NCBI GenBank assembly: GCA_964362535.1 | Contig: CAYIEN010000002.1 | Location: forward strand, 8,133 to 72,132 | Direction of reading: 5' to 3' | Source of the DNA: an uncultured Methanosarcinales archaeon | GTDB taxonomy: Archaea; Nanobdellota; Nanobdellia; Woesearchaeales; ARS49 | DNA length: 64,000 bases | Part shown: positions 7,813 to 17,290 of the stretch, piece after piece | Numbering within the stretch: position 1 is the first letter of the stretch | How the letters are laid out: each line of letters begins with the position of its first letter | Made by a program: the position numbers and the translations under genes | Notes under the pieces: generated by a model | Told to the model about the DNA's origin: nothing | The model's database searches: none | Seen by the model: only the letters and a program-made list of their open reading frames with translations

Positions 7813-8124
7813 ATGGTCGTCTTACCGAAAGTCCGAAACACGTACTGCCCGAAGTGCAAGAAGCACACCGAGCACAAGGTAGAACAGGCTAAAGCGAAGA
7901 CGATGGGTAGCGCTCACCCGCAATCCCGTGGTAAGCGCGCTCAGGCCCGTCACAAGTCGGGTTTCGGTAACAAGGGCCGTTATTCTATGCCGCCCATTGG
8001 CAGACGACGTTTGTTCGGTCGAAAGACTTCCAAGAAAGTTGATTTGCGCTATGTTTGTAAGATTTGCAACAAGACGCACATCGCGGGTCAGAGCTGGCGC
8101 GCGAAGAAAGTTGAGTTCAAGTAA
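7813..8124 (+). CDS. rpl44e: 50S ribosomal protein L44e
   Basis: CPKCKKHTEHKV ... CKICNKTH zinc ribbon and a basic composition typical of L44e (eL42). Confidence 0.9.
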   Translation: MVVLPKVRNTYCPKCKKHTEHKVEQAKAKTMGSAHPQSRGKRAQARHKSGFGNKGRYSMPPIGRRRLFGRKTSKKVDLRYVCKICNKTHIAGQSWRAKKVEFK

Positions 8125-8133
8125 TTCTTTTTT

Positions 8134-8904
8134 ATGAAATACGTTTCGTCCGCGGTCGCGACGGTGCTTCTTGGAGCTTTTGCGGGCTGTCGGGCTCCAG
8201 AAATCGCAGACGTAACGTTTGAGCTTCCTGCTTCTGAATCATTGTGTGTGAATACGGAAACAAAGCATTACCGCACGGTGCGTTCTCGTGAGCAGGGTGA
8301 GAATGAGTTAATTGCGTTGGCAAAAACGTCCGAGCTTGAAGAAGGTTGGTTGTACAAGGATAACGAGTGGGTGGAGGTCGGTTTTTCTGAACAGGCGCGT
8401 GACGCGCATGTTGATGCGAGAGAACCGTTTTTGTCGTTCGGGGCAAAGGGCGTTTTTTATCACATTCATCCTCACAGTGGTGTTGAGCAGATGTGGAAGG
8501 ATTGCAATCGTTCTTTAGAAAAAGAATTGGAAACGATTTCGTCAGACGAAGGAAGGCAGGATATCAAACGGCTTCTTCGGGATACGAATTCGAAACGAAA
8601 TTATTTGCTGAACTCGTTTCCGTCAGGTAATGATTTGAAATTGCTCGCGTGCTATCCGCGGTGCGCGGTCGCGTCGGAGTTTGGTGTTGTGGAAGCAAGA
8701 CGCACGACGAATGTGGTGAAAGAGTTCAATGAAACGCTTGCAGTTTATGATGCGGATATTCAGTATGATTCGCGCGCGGAACACGCGATGATCGTGATGT
8801 ATTTGCAGTTTGGTAAATTGATGGACTATTTTGAGAAGGATGAGAATAAAGAAAAATGTTTGTTACTTTTTAATCAGGAACAATGGGACTTGTTAGATAC
8901 GTAG
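8134..8904 (+). CDS. hypothetical lipoprotein
   Basis: Lipobox GAFAGC. It starts 9 nt after the L44e stop. It contains FYHIHPHSG and FPSGNDL, faintly reminiscent of JAB/RadC-type HxHP...PSxxD motifs but with atypical spacing. No confident family. Confidence 0.55.
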   Translation: MKYVSSAVATVLLGAFAGCRAPEIADVTFELPASESLCVNTETKHYRTVRSREQGENELIALAKTSELEEGWLYKDNEWVEVGFSEQARDAHVDAREPFLSFGAKGVFYHIHPHSGVEQMWKDCNRSLEKELETISSDEGRQDIKRLLRDTNSKRNYLLNSFPSGNDLKLLACYPRCAVASEFGVVEARRTTNVVKEFNETLAVYDADIQYDSRAEHAMIVMYLQFGKLMDYFEKDENKEKCLLLFNQEQWDLLDT

Positions 8905-9064
8905 GAGGCTCCGGAAGCCGCCGTCCAATTCGCAGTGTGGGAGCTGAACAAGAAGTTGAAGGGTATTCAGCTTGAATTCAGACGAGCGAAATAGTTTTTG
9001 TGTTTGGTTGATTTCTTTTTCGCGCAGGATGATTTAAATATGCTATCTTGTTAGTGCAAATCGA

Positions 9065-9949
9065 ATGAAAGCATGGTTGTTGTTGATTGGAATTCTTTTG
9101 GTGAGTTGTGTGCAGAAGGCGGAGGAACCGCTTGCGGAACAACAAACGGGTGTGATCCTAGAAAATGTTTCGGCGCAAAATGTGACGGTGAGTGTGGTTG
9201 AGGATTCGGTGCAGGTAAAAACTGTTGAACGTGCACGTTCGAATTGGTGGATGCCTCGTCCGAGTTTGTCGTGGCAGTGGCAGTTGATGGGTGAGTTGAA
9301 TGAGGAGTATGATGTTGATGTGTATGATGTTGATTTGTTTGATACGTCGAAAGAATCGATTGCGGCGTTGAAAGCGAAGGGTAGTAGAGTTATTTGTTAT
9401 TTTAGCGCGGGTAGTTATGAGGATTGGAGGAGTGATGAGGCTGATTTTTCTGACGATGTTTTGGGTAATACGTTAGAGGGTTGGGAGGATGAGAAGTGGC
9501 TTGACATCTCACGAATAGAGTTGCTCGCGCCAGTTATGCGAAAACGATTGGATCTTGCCGTTGAGAAAGGGTGCGATGGGGTTGAGCCGGATAATGTGGA
9601 CGGGTACGCGAATGATAACGGTTTTTCCTTGACTGCGCAGGACCAGTTGGGGTATAACAAGTGGCTTGCGGCAGAGGCGCACGAACGGGTGTTAGCGATT
9701 GGTTTGAAGAATGATGTAGACCAAATTTTGGAATTGGTAAATGACTTTGATTTTGCCGTTAATGAGCAATGTTTTGAGTATGGTGAGTGTGAGTTGTTGT
9801 TGCCTTTTGTTGAGCGAGAGAAAGCCGTTTTTGGTGTGGAATATGAGTTGGAGCCGGAAGAGTTCTGCGAACGCGCGAAAAGTATGCGGTTGAGCTGGCT
9901 GAAGATGGAGTATGATTTGGATGGCGGAAGAATAAGTTGTGATGAGTAA
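9065..9949 (+). CDS. glycoside hydrolase family 114-like (endo-alpha-1,4-polygalactosaminidase family), lipoprotein
   Basis: Lipobox LLVSC. WQWQL, VYDVDLFD, VICYFSAGSYEDWRSD, WLDI, GCDGVEPDNVDGY, LKND and NEQCFEYGEC match the GH114 TIM-barrel signature as I remember it. Confidence 0.7.
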   Translation: MKAWLLLIGILLVSCVQKAEEPLAEQQTGVILENVSAQNVTVSVVEDSVQVKTVERARSNWWMPRPSLSWQWQLMGELNEEYDVDVYDVDLFDTSKESIAALKAKGSRVICYFSAGSYEDWRSDEADFSDDVLGNTLEGWEDEKWLDISRIELLAPVMRKRLDLAVEKGCDGVEPDNVDGYANDNGFSLTAQDQLGYNKWLAAEAHERVLAIGLKNDVDQILELVNDFDFAVNEQCFEYGECELLLPFVEREKAVFGVEYELEPEEFCERAKSMRLSWLKMEYDLDGGRISCDE

Positions 9950-10089
9950 GAGAAAACTGTTTTTGATCAACAGCACATAAGAATTATCATTTTTCAGTCA
10001 TTTAAATACTTTTTTTCAAAAAATTTCGTCAAGAATACCTTTATATAGAAGTCTTCTTTCAACTTGCCTAAATTGGTGACATTCATAGT

Positions 10090-13000
10090 ATGAGTAGGGA
10101 GGCTGTTGGTATGAAAAACGCGAAAAATAAATTCTCAAGTATTTTGGTAATTATGATGATGGTGCTGTCCATCGTTCCTGCGGCGTTTGCGGACACTGAA
10201 GAAGGCGCAACTGCATCAGAAGGTCCTGGAGTTCCTGCTTGGCTTGCTCCTGGTAATGCAATTGGTAGTGATGATGTTTACACCTCAAGCGCATTGCTGA
10301 TTGGTGAAACGTCTAATAATCTTTACTTGACGAACTTTGGTTTTGCTATTCCTGATGGTGTCACGATTGACAGTATCTCAGTGGCAATTAAGCGTTCTCG
10401 TGAAGGCGGCATTCCTCCAGTTATTCACGATTCCAGCGTTCGTTTGATGAAGGCAGGTGCAGTCATTGGGGACGATGCAGCAACTGCGACGCCGTGGCCT
10501 TCCCTTACTTTGTCTGGCGATGCTACTGAAGATCATATGCCTGTAGATCCTTTGTGGGGTTCCACGTGGACTCCTGCAGAGATTAATGCAGCAGGATTTG
10601 GTGTTGCGATGTCAGCAACGCGTGAAGTAGGCGGTACTGTTGCCACGCGACGCGCATTTATTGACAACGTTCAAATCACGGTAGATTACACTGACATTGA
10701 AGCTCCTGTTGCTTCATTTACTGCAATTCCGAACCCTGTTGACGAAGGTAGCAGCGTAACGTTTTCGAGCACCTCCACAGACAACGTCGGCATCACCCGA
10801 TATGACTGGAATTTTGGTGACGGAACAATTCTCCTTGATGACTTAGCAAGTCCTGCGCCTCACCCATATGCAGATGGCGCGGACAGTCACACGGTAACAC
10901 TTACTGTTTACGACGCAGCAGGTTTCATCGTTGATAGCACGACTGATATTGTTGTGAACAACGTTGCTCCTGTTGCAGTGCCTGGCGGTCCTTACGCGGG
11001 CGTTGAAGTAGTTGATGTTTCATTCAGCGCAGCAGCACTTGATGTTCCCGCTGACACGCACACTTATGAATGGACGTTCAGTGACGGTGGAAGTGCTTCG
11101 GGTGCGAGCGTTACGCACGCATTCGCAGACGATGGTTTGTATACTGCAACGCTTGTTGCAACGGATGATGACGGCGGAGTTTCGTTGCCGGTTGACGCAA
11201 CCGTGACGATTAGCAACGCAAACCCGATTGCATCCGCAACGGTTTCACCGAGCTCTCCTGATACGGATGATGATTTGACTTGCAGTGCATCAGCGACTGA
11301 TGTTCCTGCCGATACTGTTTCAGGACCGACGTACCAGTGGAACGATGACGGTGTTCCCATGGTTGGCGAAACATCCTCAACATTGTCAAGTACATTAACA
11401 ACCAAAGGACACACGTACACGTGCGAAGCAACCTTTACTGACGAAGATGGTGGAAGCGACATGGATCCCGATTCAGTAACTGTTGTTAATTCCAATGTTA
11501 TTGTTTCAGTAACTGCTCCAGTTGACGGTGATGATGAACATCACAACGGAGACTTGCTTGTTACTTGGAGCGCAACCGATGCTGATGGCGATAGCATGAT
11601 CTTTGATGTTGTCGCAGACGGTATCACGTTCTGTGATAATACTCCATCACTCAGCTGTACTGTTGACACAACGTTATTGCCGCAGGGAACAAACACGGTT
11701 GTTGTAACCGCAGATGACGGTAGTGCAACAGGCGGCAGTGATTCTGCAGAATTTACTGCAGACAATGTTGCTCCAGTAATTACGGTTTCAGCAGCGCAAA
11801 CTATTGAAGCAGGTGACGTATACGTCGCTCCGATCCCAACTGCGGTTGACGATATTGATGGTGATATCACCATCAATATTGCAGTAGGTGGCGAAATTGT
11901 TGATAACGACACGCCTGATGTCTATGTTATAACATACGACGTTAGTGATGACGCAGGTAATGCAGCAACGCAAGTAACGCACACCGTAACGGTTGTTGAC
12001 ACTACGGCACCTTCAATTACGGCTCCCGCGGGAATAACAATGGAAGCAACCGGTGCATTGACACCGGTTACTCTCGGTTCTCCTATTGTCACGGACAATA
12101 GTGATCTCGCACCGATCGTTACGAACGATGCACCGCCTGCAGGATATCCTGTTGGCTTGACCACAGTGACCTGGACTGCAACTGACGTTACAGCTCCGAA
12201 TGCATTTGCGACTTCACCGCAAGCAGTAACGATTACGGACACAACGGCACCGATTATTTCGTTGACCGGTTCTGATCCGCAAATTGTTGCGCAAGGTAGC
12301 GGTGCGTATGTGGATCCTGGCGCAGTTGCAAGCGACCTCGTTGATGGTTTGTTTGCAGCAACTTCTTCAGGTGTTGTTGACACGGATACCATTGGTGATT
12401 ATTTTGTTGCCTACGATGCGACTGATGTTGCAGGAAACTCTGCTTCAACCGTAACTCGCACCGTCCAAGTACGTGACTTGACTCCGCCGACATTGGTGAG
12501 CGCAATCACGCGTGATACTAATGCAAACGGGCAGATTGACACCATCGAACTTGAATTCAGTGAAGCAATTGACGACGATCGCCTTACTGTAGGAACGTCC
12601 GATGGTTGGGATATTGAAGACTACGGTGGCGAAGCAATCGCTAGTGGCACAGGCATCAATGACGAATTCCTCGTTTTGACGTTCACGGAAAGCGTTACGC
12701 CTGACACGAGCGAAACACCTGCTATTAGCTATGATGATACATTTGATGTTGAATCAAGCACGCACGACTTAGCATTAGGAAGTAATGAACTCGAAACGTT
12801 TGGTCCGTCTGATGAAACTGAGTTTTATCCTGACGACGGGGCAGCTCCGTTAATTGCGGTGACTGGCGCGAACCCGATGGGTTTGACTGTTGGTGGAACC
12901 TACACGGAAGAAGGCGCAACGCTCAGTGATGCTGTTGATGTTGATGAAGCAGGAGTAGTCATTAGCGGAACGGTAGATACTGGCTCGGCTGGTGCATATA

Positions 13001-13407
13001 TTGTAAGCTATGACGCATCTGATGACGCAGGTAACACAGTACACGCTGAACGCACCGTAAACGTAGCAAGTCTGGGCGGCAGTAGCAGCACGGGCGGTGG
13101 CGGTGGTGGCGGTGGCGGTGGCGGAAGTACAGCGCAGATTAGAACTACAACGACTACGTCAACTGACCAGAGCGAATTGACTGGTGCGGATGAGGAAGCC
13201 AGTCCTCCGTTGAACAACGGCGCAAGTGAAGTTGATGGTAGCAGCGGTGAAATTACCCAAGAAACGGGCGATGGCGACGCGGGCAACCAAATCACGGGCG
13301 CAGTAGTTGGTGGCGGCGGTCTTGGTAACTGGTGGTGGCTGATTGCGTTGTTAATCGCGATTGGTGCAGCACTTGGCTTTACCTGGTATCGCAGAAACCA
13401 AGCGTAA
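10090..13407 (+). CDS. large membrane-anchored surface protein (unknown N-domain, PKD, HYR and Ig-like DUF5011-type repeats)
   Basis: Signal peptide; PKD-type WNFGDG / WTFSDGG modules; repeats of the type APVITV...DDIDGDIT...YDVSDDAGNAAT...VTVVDTTAP; an 11-codon Gly run; C-terminal TM (WWWLIALLIAIGAALGFTW) plus YRRNQA. An alternative start is the ATG at 10111, preceded by GGGAGG. Confidence 0.8.
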   Translation: MSREAVGMKNAKNKFSSILVIMMMVLSIVPAAFADTEEGATASEGPGVPAWLAPGNAIGSDDVYTSSALLIGETSNNLYLTNFGFAIPDGVTIDSISVAIKRSREGGIPPVIHDSSVRLMKAGAVIGDDAATATPWPSLTLSGDATEDHMPVDPLWGSTWTPAEINAAGFGVAMSATREVGGTVATRRAFIDNVQITVDYTDIEAPVASFTAIPNPVDEGSSVTFSSTSTDNVGITRYDWNFGDGTILLDDLASPAPHPYADGADSHTVTLTVYDAAGFIVDSTTDIVVNNVAPVAVPGGPYAGVEVVDVSFSAAALDVPADTHTYEWTFSDGGSASGASVTHAFADDGLYTATLVATDDDGGVSLPVDATVTISNANPIASATVSPSSPDTDDDLTCSASATDVPADTVSGPTYQWNDDGVPMVGETSSTLSSTLTTKGHTYTCEATFTDEDGGSDMDPDSVTVVNSNVIVSVTAPVDGDDEHHNGDLLVTWSATDADGDSMIFDVVADGITFCDNTPSLSCTVDTTLLPQGTNTVVVTADDGSATGGSDSAEFTADNVAPVITVSAAQTIEAGDVYVAPIPTAVDDIDGDITINIAVGGEIVDNDTPDVYVITYDVSDDAGNAATQVTHTVTVVDTTAPSITAPAGITMEATGALTPVTLGSPIVTDNSDLAPIVTNDAPPAGYPVGLTTVTWTATDVTAPNAFATSPQAVTITDTTAPIISLTGSDPQIVAQGSGAYVDPGAVASDLVDGLFAATSSGVVDTDTIGDYFVAYDATDVAGNSASTVTRTVQVRDLTPPTLVSAITRDTNANGQIDTIELEFSEAIDDDRLTVGTSDGWDIEDYGGEAIASGTGINDEFLVLTFTESVTPDTSETPAISYDDTFDVESSTHDLALGSNELETFGPSDETEFYPDDGAAPLIAVTGANPMGLTVGGTYTEEGATLSDAVDVDEAGVVISGTVDTGSAGAYIVSYDASDDAGNTVHAERTVNVASLGGSSSTGGGGGGGGGGGSTAQIRTTTTTSTDQSELTGADEEASPPLNNGASEVDGSSGEITQETGDGDAGNQITGAVVGGGGLGNWWWLIALLIAIGAALGFTWYRRNQA

Positions 13408-13505
13408 AATTCTTCTTTTTTCTTTTTTTATTTCATTTTTTTCGTTGTTTTTCTATTCAATAACTTTATATAGGTCGCAATCTCAAATAAGGGTAAGAGG
13501 TTGAG

Positions 13506-15923
13506 ATGTCCAAAACGATTATTTTCATACTAGTTTTCCTTCTTGGAGCTATCTCCGTTGCTGCTTCTCCTGGTGTGGTGGTCATTCCGGGTACGGGTGG
13601 AACGAATATCTCTGCTGATACGACAAATGGCGCGTGGACGACCATTACTGGGCCGACATTGCGAGAGAACACAACGGGCGACATCAGAACGGGTTTCTTC
13701 TATCTTGTCGCGCCTGCGGGCTTCGTGTTTGACACGAGTGCTCCGAATGTTGTGGTTTTGTTGGCAGGACATACTACAAATTCGCGGAATATTAATGATG
13801 GTGTGAATGGTACTTCTTTGAACATTACTTCGATAAATACTACAACTATCTCGTTTGATGTTGATGAGGCAAGTTCGAGTTCGGGCGTGCCAAACAATTT
13901 GACGTTTCAAAACATTCGTATTCGTCCGACTTCGGGTGTGGCTCGTTCTGCGAATGTTACGTTTTTGAGAACGAGTTCAGTGTGGTCGGGGCTCGTGACG
14001 GGTGATACCGTCATTCCGTTGACGGTTGTTGCTGGTTCAAGCGCAACGTTGAACGTCACCCCGAAAGCGACAACTATCAATCAAAGCCAGACAAAGACGT
14101 TTTACGCAACGGAGTTTGACGCGTATGGGAACAGTCTTGGTAATGTGACGGGCGCGACAACGTTTAACATTTCTGCAGGTGCGGGAGGTAGTTTTGATTC
14201 AAATGTGTATACTCCGGAAAAAGGAGGCATGTGGACGATTACAGGCAGTAAAGGTTCCGTTATCAACACAACCACATTGACAGTAACAGATATTACGAAG
14301 CCGATTATTACTGTTCTTGGTACATCTCCGCTCACAATTGAAGCGTTGTCGAGTTATGTTGATGCGGGCGCGACGGCTTCTGATGAAACCGATGGTGTTC
14401 TCACGTCGAGTATTGTGATGACGGGTAGCGTTACTTCGTCAGTTGTCGGAACATATGTTTTAACATATAACGTAACGGATGCTGCGGGTAACAAGGCGGA
14501 TGGAAAAAACCGAACGGTAACGGTTGTTGACACGACTGCTCCAGTAATTACGGTTCTTGGTTCGAATCCGGTTGATGTGTCATTTGGTTCTGTTTACAGC
14601 GATGCGGGTGCAACAGCGTTAGACGCGTATGATGGCATAATTACGGGTTCAATTATTACGAACACATCTGCGGTCAACACCGCTGTGTTGGGAACGTATA
14701 CGGTCACGTATGATGTTACAGACGCGAACGGAAACACAGACCACGAAACGCGCGCAGTGCACGTGGTGGACACGGCAATTCCTATTATTTCGATGTCAGG
14801 TAGTTCTCCAGTGACCATTGAAGTCGGCAGCAATTACAGTGATGCGGGCGCGACCGCGAGTGATGATGTGGATGGTAGTTTGACTGGTTCAATTGTGACG
14901 GTAAATGGTGTTGTTGCAAGCACGGTTGGCAATTACACTGTGATGTATGACGTGATGGATTCTTCGGGAAATAATGCAACGACGGTGACTCGAATTGTGC
15001 AGGTTGTTGATACCACAATTCCCGTTATTACATTAACAGGTAGTTCGAGTGTGACGGTTGAGGTTGGTAGCGTTTACAGTGATGCGGGCGCAACTGCAGC
15101 AGACAATTATGGTGGGGATGTGACTGGTAGTATTGTGACAGTAAATCTGGTCAATATGACTGTTCTTGGAAATTACACGATTACGTACAATGTTGTTGAT
15201 GCTCAGGGTAATGCTGCGGTAGAAGTTACGCGAACGGTGCATGTTGTTGACACAACCGTTCCAGTCATTACTTTGGTTGGTGGCGATGTTTCGTTAACAA
15301 CGGGCGATGCGTACAGCGATGCTGGCGCGACGGCGTCAGACAATTATGATGGTGATATTACGGGTTCAATTGTTACGACTGGTTCTGTTGACACAGGTGT
15401 TGCGGGAACGTACACGATGCATTATGATGTGACGGATGCGCAGGGCAATGTTGCAGTGACTGTTACAAGAACGATTACTGTTTCCGACTCTGCTCCGGCG
15501 CCGTCAAGTGGCGGTGGTGGCGGTGGAAGCAGTAGTCGTTCGTCAACTCCCGTAACTGTTCCTGTTGTGGAGGTTCCTGAGGTAGTTGTTCCGTTGATTG
15601 TTGAGGATGTTCCTGAAGAAGTCACTGATGTCACAACGACTGATTTCGCGAATGATTCGAGTTCGAGCGTTGCTGATTCGTTTGGTAGTTTGATTCCGAT
15701 TGCGGGTGCAGCAACGACGGAAACGGCCAATGGGCTAGAAAACAAGGGTGGTAGCGCGACAGAGTGGATTTTGGCATTGTTGGTTGTTGGTTTGGCTGGT
15801 GCGGGTATTTATTCCGCTCACCGCGCGAAGAAGCCCAAGAAGCATCACAAGTTGGTTGTGAAGTTGCACAAGCGTGGCACAATCACGTTGAAGCTCCACA
15901 GACCGCAGCATAAGAGTAAATAA
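13506..15923 (+). CDS. large membrane-anchored surface protein with five tandem Ig-like (DUF5011-type) repeats
   Basis: Signal peptide; five 75-80 aa repeats; a GGGGGG run; an acidic stalk; a C-terminal TM (WILALLVVGLAGAGIYSA) and a Lys/His-rich tail. This is the same C-terminal architecture as the preceding gene. Confidence 0.8.
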   Translation: MSKTIIFILVFLLGAISVAASPGVVVIPGTGGTNISADTTNGAWTTITGPTLRENTTGDIRTGFFYLVAPAGFVFDTSAPNVVVLLAGHTTNSRNINDGVNGTSLNITSINTTTISFDVDEASSSSGVPNNLTFQNIRIRPTSGVARSANVTFLRTSSVWSGLVTGDTVIPLTVVAGSSATLNVTPKATTINQSQTKTFYATEFDAYGNSLGNVTGATTFNISAGAGGSFDSNVYTPEKGGMWTITGSKGSVINTTTLTVTDITKPIITVLGTSPLTIEALSSYVDAGATASDETDGVLTSSIVMTGSVTSSVVGTYVLTYNVTDAAGNKADGKNRTVTVVDTTAPVITVLGSNPVDVSFGSVYSDAGATALDAYDGIITGSIITNTSAVNTAVLGTYTVTYDVTDANGNTDHETRAVHVVDTAIPIISMSGSSPVTIEVGSNYSDAGATASDDVDGSLTGSIVTVNGVVASTVGNYTVMYDVMDSSGNNATTVTRIVQVVDTTIPVITLTGSSSVTVEVGSVYSDAGATAADNYGGDVTGSIVTVNLVNMTVLGNYTITYNVVDAQGNAAVEVTRTVHVVDTTVPVITLVGGDVSLTTGDAYSDAGATASDNYDGDITGSIVTTGSVDTGVAGTYTMHYDVTDAQGNVAVTVTRTITVSDSAPAPSSGGGGGGSSSRSSTPVTVPVVEVPEVVVPLIVEDVPEEVTDVTTTDFANDSSSSVADSFGSLIPIAGAATTETANGLENKGGSATEWILALLVVGLAGAGIYSAHRAKKPKKHHKLVVKLHKRGTITLKLHRPQHKSK
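14301..15485 (+). repeat. five tandem ~240-nt coding repeats
   Basis: Repeat units start at residues P266, P346, P426, P506 and P586. Consensus: P(V/I)IT(V/L)xGSxPVT(I/V)EVGSxYSDAGATAxDxxDGxxTGSIVT...GNYT(V/I)TY(D/N)VxDxxGNxA...TRTVxVVDTT. Confidence 0.85.
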
Positions 15924-16046
15924 GTTCAGTCGCGCAAATTTTTCTCGTCACGCCTGAGCGTATGCAGTCCAGGGGGTATTTTGAGTGTTAGCAGGAACGA
16001 TAACGAAAAGAAATGCGGGGGTAGTGGAAAAGATAGGCTTGCTGAA

Positions 16047-16235
16047 TTACTCTTCAGCTACTGGAAGTGCATCTTCGACCGAAGGTTGATCTGCATCTGT
16101 GCCACCAGTAGTTTTGTATGCGGATTCGCTAGGTGAAGGGCCATCTGCAACATTCGCTCCTTCGTTTGTGAGTGCAGGTGTCTCTACGCAAGAGGTAAGT
16201 AGAAGCAATACAAGCAAGGCGAAGAGCAATTTCAT
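16047..16235 (-). CDS. small acidic secreted lipoprotein (62 aa)
   Basis: Lipobox LLLTSC. The AATAAATA box centre is 25.5 nt upstream of the ATG. No known family. Confidence 0.5.
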   Translation of the reverse strand: MKLLFALLVLLLLTSCVETPALTNEGANVADGPSPSESAYKTTGGTDADQPSVEDALPVAEE

Positions 16236-16352
16236 GGTCGTTGTATGTCATGACTGAATAAATACCTTTGCATATTGCAAGGTTTGTTCGTGAAGATACT
16301 TTTTTTGTTTATAAACCAAATATTCTTAAACGAAGATGCCTTTCCTCGTCTT

Positions 16353-16529
16353 ATGAAGCGAATTCAGCATTGTGCTACAGATAACCGTTACACGCTTAAA
16401 GACACGTGTCCTGATTGTGGCAAGGTTACGCAGACAACACAGCCTCCGAAATATTCTGTTGACGACAAATACTCAGGGTATAGACGAGAAGCAAAGAAGG
16501 CTGCAAGGCAAGAGGCAGGTCATTTATGA
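16353..16529 (+). CDS. nop10: H/ACA RNP component Nop10
   Basis: MKRIQHCATDNRYTLKDTCPDCGKVTQTTQPPKYSVDDKYSGYRRE matches the Nop10 zinc-ribbon pattern. The track ORF (16275, TTG) is over-extended. Confidence 0.85.
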   Translation: MKRIQHCATDNRYTLKDTCPDCGKVTQTTQPPKYSVDDKYSGYRREAKKAARQEAGHL

Positions 16530-17290
16530 GTTGGGTTGCGCGGCCGACGGGAAAACTTCCTGTTCTGAAGAACCCTGTTTTGATTGAAGGTTTGCCGGGC
16601 ATTGGTAATGTTGGCAAAGTCACGACGGATTTCTTGATCGACCAATTAAAAGCAAAGAAGGTGTTTGAGTTTCACGGCATTAGCATTCCTCATTCTGTTT
16701 TTGTGAATGAAAAGAACTTGGTTGAACTTCCGAGAATTGAGTTGTTTCACGCAAAGACAAAATCCAGAGACATTTTGTTGCTTGGCGGTGACGTGCAGCC
16801 GTTGTCGGAAGAATCTTGCTACGAATTTTGCGATGCGGTTTTAGCGTTGTGCACCCAGTTACATTGCAAAGACATTATTGCTTTGGGTGGTATCGGTCTC
16901 AAGCAAGTTCCGAAGAAGCCGAAGACGTATTGCACGGGCGCGGACAACGCTACGGTGAAGGAGTTCATGAAGAAGACAGGCGTTACGAACAAGTTGTATG
17001 GTATTGTGGGTCCTATTGTCGGAGTTTCTGGCGTGTTGGTCGGTCTTTCTCCTGAGCACAAGGCTCACGCAGTTGCGTTATTGGCGGAAACGTATGGTCA
17101 CCCGATGTATTTGGGTTTGAAGGGCGCACGAGAATTGTTGATGGTGTTATCAAGATATTTGAACATGAAAATCAACTTGAAATTGTTAGATGAAGATATG
17201 GCTGAGTTGGAAGATGAAATGATGGCTCGTGAAGTGTTGCCGAAGTATCGCAAGTTCCCGGGCAAGGGCGAAACAAGCTATATTGGGTGA
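16526..17290 (+). CDS. proteasome assembly chaperone family protein (PAC2 / COG1938)
   Basis: NPVLIEGLPGIGNVGKVTTDFLI, LLGGDVQP and ALGGIG are typical of archaeal PAC2. There is an ATGA overlap with nop10. The Nop10-PAC2 linkage is conserved in archaea. Confidence 0.75.
   Translation: MSWVARPTGKLPVLKNPVLIEGLPGIGNVGKVTTDFLIDQLKAKKVFEFHGISIPHSVFVNEKNLVELPRIELFHAKTKSRDILLLGGDVQPLSEESCYEFCDAVLALCTQLHCKDIIALGGIGLKQVPKKPKTYCTGADNATVKEFMKKTGVTNKLYGIVGPIVGVSGVLVGLSPEHKAHAVALLAETYGHPMYLGLKGARELLMVLSRYLNMKINLKLLDEDMAELEDEMMAREVLPKYRKFPGKGETSYIG

Noticed and set aside
8902-8994. In-frame 30-codon open extension after the TAG stop of the 8134 lipoprotein gene (EAPEAAVQFAVWELNKKLKGIQLEFRRAK*), considered as read-through or Pyl recoding
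   Set aside because: Thirty stop-free codons are not improbable by chance. No pyl genes or other in-frame TAGs were seen in the window, and TAG is used as a normal stop elsewhere (for example at 21222).
13093-13125. GGY-codon repeat and the 240-nt tandem repeats, considered as a possible CRISPR-like or satellite array
   Set aside because: All of it is in frame within long CDSs and encodes Gly runs or Ig-like domains. There are no short identical direct repeats separated by unique spacers anywhere in the window.
14559-14569. GGTTCGAATCC, a tRNA T-loop-like string
   Set aside because: It lies inside the surface-protein CDS, and no acceptor, D or anticodon arms can be folded around it.
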